Origin: Candidatus Micrarchaeia archaeon
GTDB lineage: Archaea; Micrarchaeota; Micrarchaeia; Burarchaeales; JAVZCV01
Direction of reading: 5' to 3'
DNA: 6,413 nucleotides
Assembly (NCBI GenBank): GCA_038874215.1
Contig: JAVZCV010000036.1
Coordinates: 1 to 6,413, forward strand
Numbering within the stretch: position 1 is the first letter of the stretch; each line of letters opens with the position of its first letter. Positions 5,401 to 6,413 of this stretch are shown here, in pieces. The position numbers and the translations under genes were made by a program. The notes under the pieces were generated by a model. That model had not been told where the DNA came from. It ran no database searches and saw only the letters and a list, made by a program, of their open reading frames with translations.

Positions 5401-5844
5401 TTGGATTTAATAGATATAGTAGAGGAGAAAAAAGGGTGGTTGGCGCTTGTTATTCCTGCACTTATATATTTGTCTTTCTACAACAGGAATGATCCATTAA
5501 TAATAACAACTTTGTTCTCATACGTAGTAGGGATTGCGTTTTTAACCATAGAGTTAGAGAAAATAAAGAAGGAGATAAGCAGAAATAAGGATAGATTGAA
5601 GGATGATATTCGCGTTTTGCAGTTTGTATTTTCTAAGAAATCAGTTCTTGCTTCAGGTATGTTGTTGCTAATATGTTGCCTCGTAACTTTATGGTATCTA
5701 TACCAGCGTATTTATGAATTTTGGGCTTACGCGTTTTTTATATCTCTTATTTTGGCATTTGTGTATGCGGTGATTATGGCAGTTGTTAAAGTTGGTGTTC
5801 GGAATATTAAGAAGATAGTAGATAATTCTAATAATAATCAATAG
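5401..5844 (+). CDS. Hypothetical membrane protein (about 4 TM), low GC
   Basis: Open frame with hydrophobic segments. TTG 5401 follows a G-rich SD-like run (5388-5393), and GTG 5386 is an alternative. The ORF-track start (5344) falls inside the tRNA 5' half. No family recognised. Confidence 0.7.
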   Translation: MDLIDIVEEKKGWLALVIPALIYLSFYNRNDPLIITTLFSYVVGIAFLTIELEKIKKEISRNKDRLKDDIRVLQFVFSKKSVLASGMLLLICCLVTLWYLYQRIYEFWAYAFFISLILAFVYAVIMAVVKVGVRNIKKIVDNSNNNQ

Positions 5845-6413
5845 TTGCCGATTAGTAGAGCTTCGGCTTTTTGAAGAAGTTTTCTTTTTTGTTTAATGAA
5901 GACGCTGGTGGTGTGGATTTCGCTTTCTATCCGCTTTATGTCTGCAAGCAGATTGGCAGGTTTTGTCCCGCTTCTACGATTAATTACATTTGCGGGTGTT
6001 AGAGCTTTAAGTTCGCTATCTTCAATTTTAACACTCGCCCGCTTGCTTATCTCGTCGGCATTTATGGAATTGAGTGGTTTTCCCTCTNNNNNNNNNNCGC
6101 CTTTTTGTGCGAGCAAATCGGCAAGGTCCGTCGCCAAAGTATAAACGCTGGTGGCTTCGGCCATTCTCGCCTTGTTGAATTTTGAGCGTTTAAGTATTTC
6201 GTTTAGTATTAGAAGAGATGACTTCGCGATTTCAACACTCCTCATGAGCGGCTTTTTTGTTTCTTGCGTGTCTGCATTGTGCCCAGAGATGAGCGATTTG
6301 GTTGTAGAAAGAATGGAGAAAAGCCCCCCATGCACTCTTGATGTTCTTGCCCGCATGATTTCAAGCGCATCGGGGTTCTTTTTCTGGGGCATTATTGAGG
6401 AAGTGGTGCAGAA
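5838..6413 (-). CDS. argH: Argininosuccinate lyase, C-terminal part (5' end beyond window)
   Basis: The frame is open to the window edge and reads FCTTSSIMPQKKNPDALEIMRAR, the fumarase/ASL superfamily signature in its ArgH form. It also contains the ArgH-typical ATDLADLLAQKG. Confidence 0.9.
   Translation of the reverse strand, partial: FCTTSSIMPQKKNPDALEIMRARTSRVHGGLFSILSTTKSLISGHNADTQETKKPLMRSVEIAKSSLLILNEILKRSKFNKARMAEATSVYTLATDLADLLAQKGXXXXEGKPLNSINADEISKRASVKIEDSELKALTPANVINRRSGTKPANLLADIKRIESEIHTTSVFIKQKRKLLQKAEALLIGNY
6088..6097. other. Assembly gap (10 N) within argH
   Basis: Ten Ns at the point where ArgH normally has the PFRxAHxxVG helix, so the true gap is probably longer than 10 nt. 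Confidence 0.95.

Noticed and set aside
5262..5492. ORF-track 76-aa ORF, and the GTG 5344 start of the membrane ORF
   Set aside because: Both run through the tRNA halves, and the 76-aa translation has no protein-like features.
4892..5850. Halves belonging to two separate tRNA genes with long, gene-containing introns
   Set aside because: No additional 5' half upstream or 3' half downstream is visible, and the flanks are ordinary genes in both orientations. Partners outside the window cannot be excluded.
6088..6097. argH as an internally deleted pseudogene
   Set aside because: The missing residues coincide with the N run, so an assembly gap explains them.
2298..6144. Other overlapping ORFs (2298-2636, 2548-2943, 2859-3053, 3109-3312, 4145-4435, 4196-4528, 4445-4642, 4611-4814, 5896-6144)
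   Set aside because: They overlap well-supported genes and have no recognisable motifs.

Overview
Archaeal chromosomal window. Nop5, class III signal-peptide pilins, TATA/BRE-like promoters and a BHB-type tRNA splice motif are all archaeal; a DPANN/Micrarchaeota-like origin is inferred but not proven. The minus strand carries a run of genes: a DUF4234-like membrane protein, two class III signal-peptide (pilin-like) proteins, and an apparent operon of N-terminally short Nop5, flavin reductase-like protein, Icc-like metallophosphoesterase and a large single-pass membrane protein. The last of these (1-1542) is missing from the ORF track because it runs off the window. Divergently transcribed are a stand-alone Lrp/AsnC ligand-binding (RAM) protein and a low-GC membrane ORF, which converge on the 3' part of argH (containing a 10-N assembly gap). 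The main discovery lies at 5271-5375: a circularly permuted tRNA-Cys(GCA) gene. Its 3' half (5278-5312) is upstream of its 5' half (5338-5373), with a 25-nt linker between them. The halves assemble into a complete cloverleaf with U73, and the outer flanks form a relaxed bulge-helix-bulge splice motif exactly at position 37/38.
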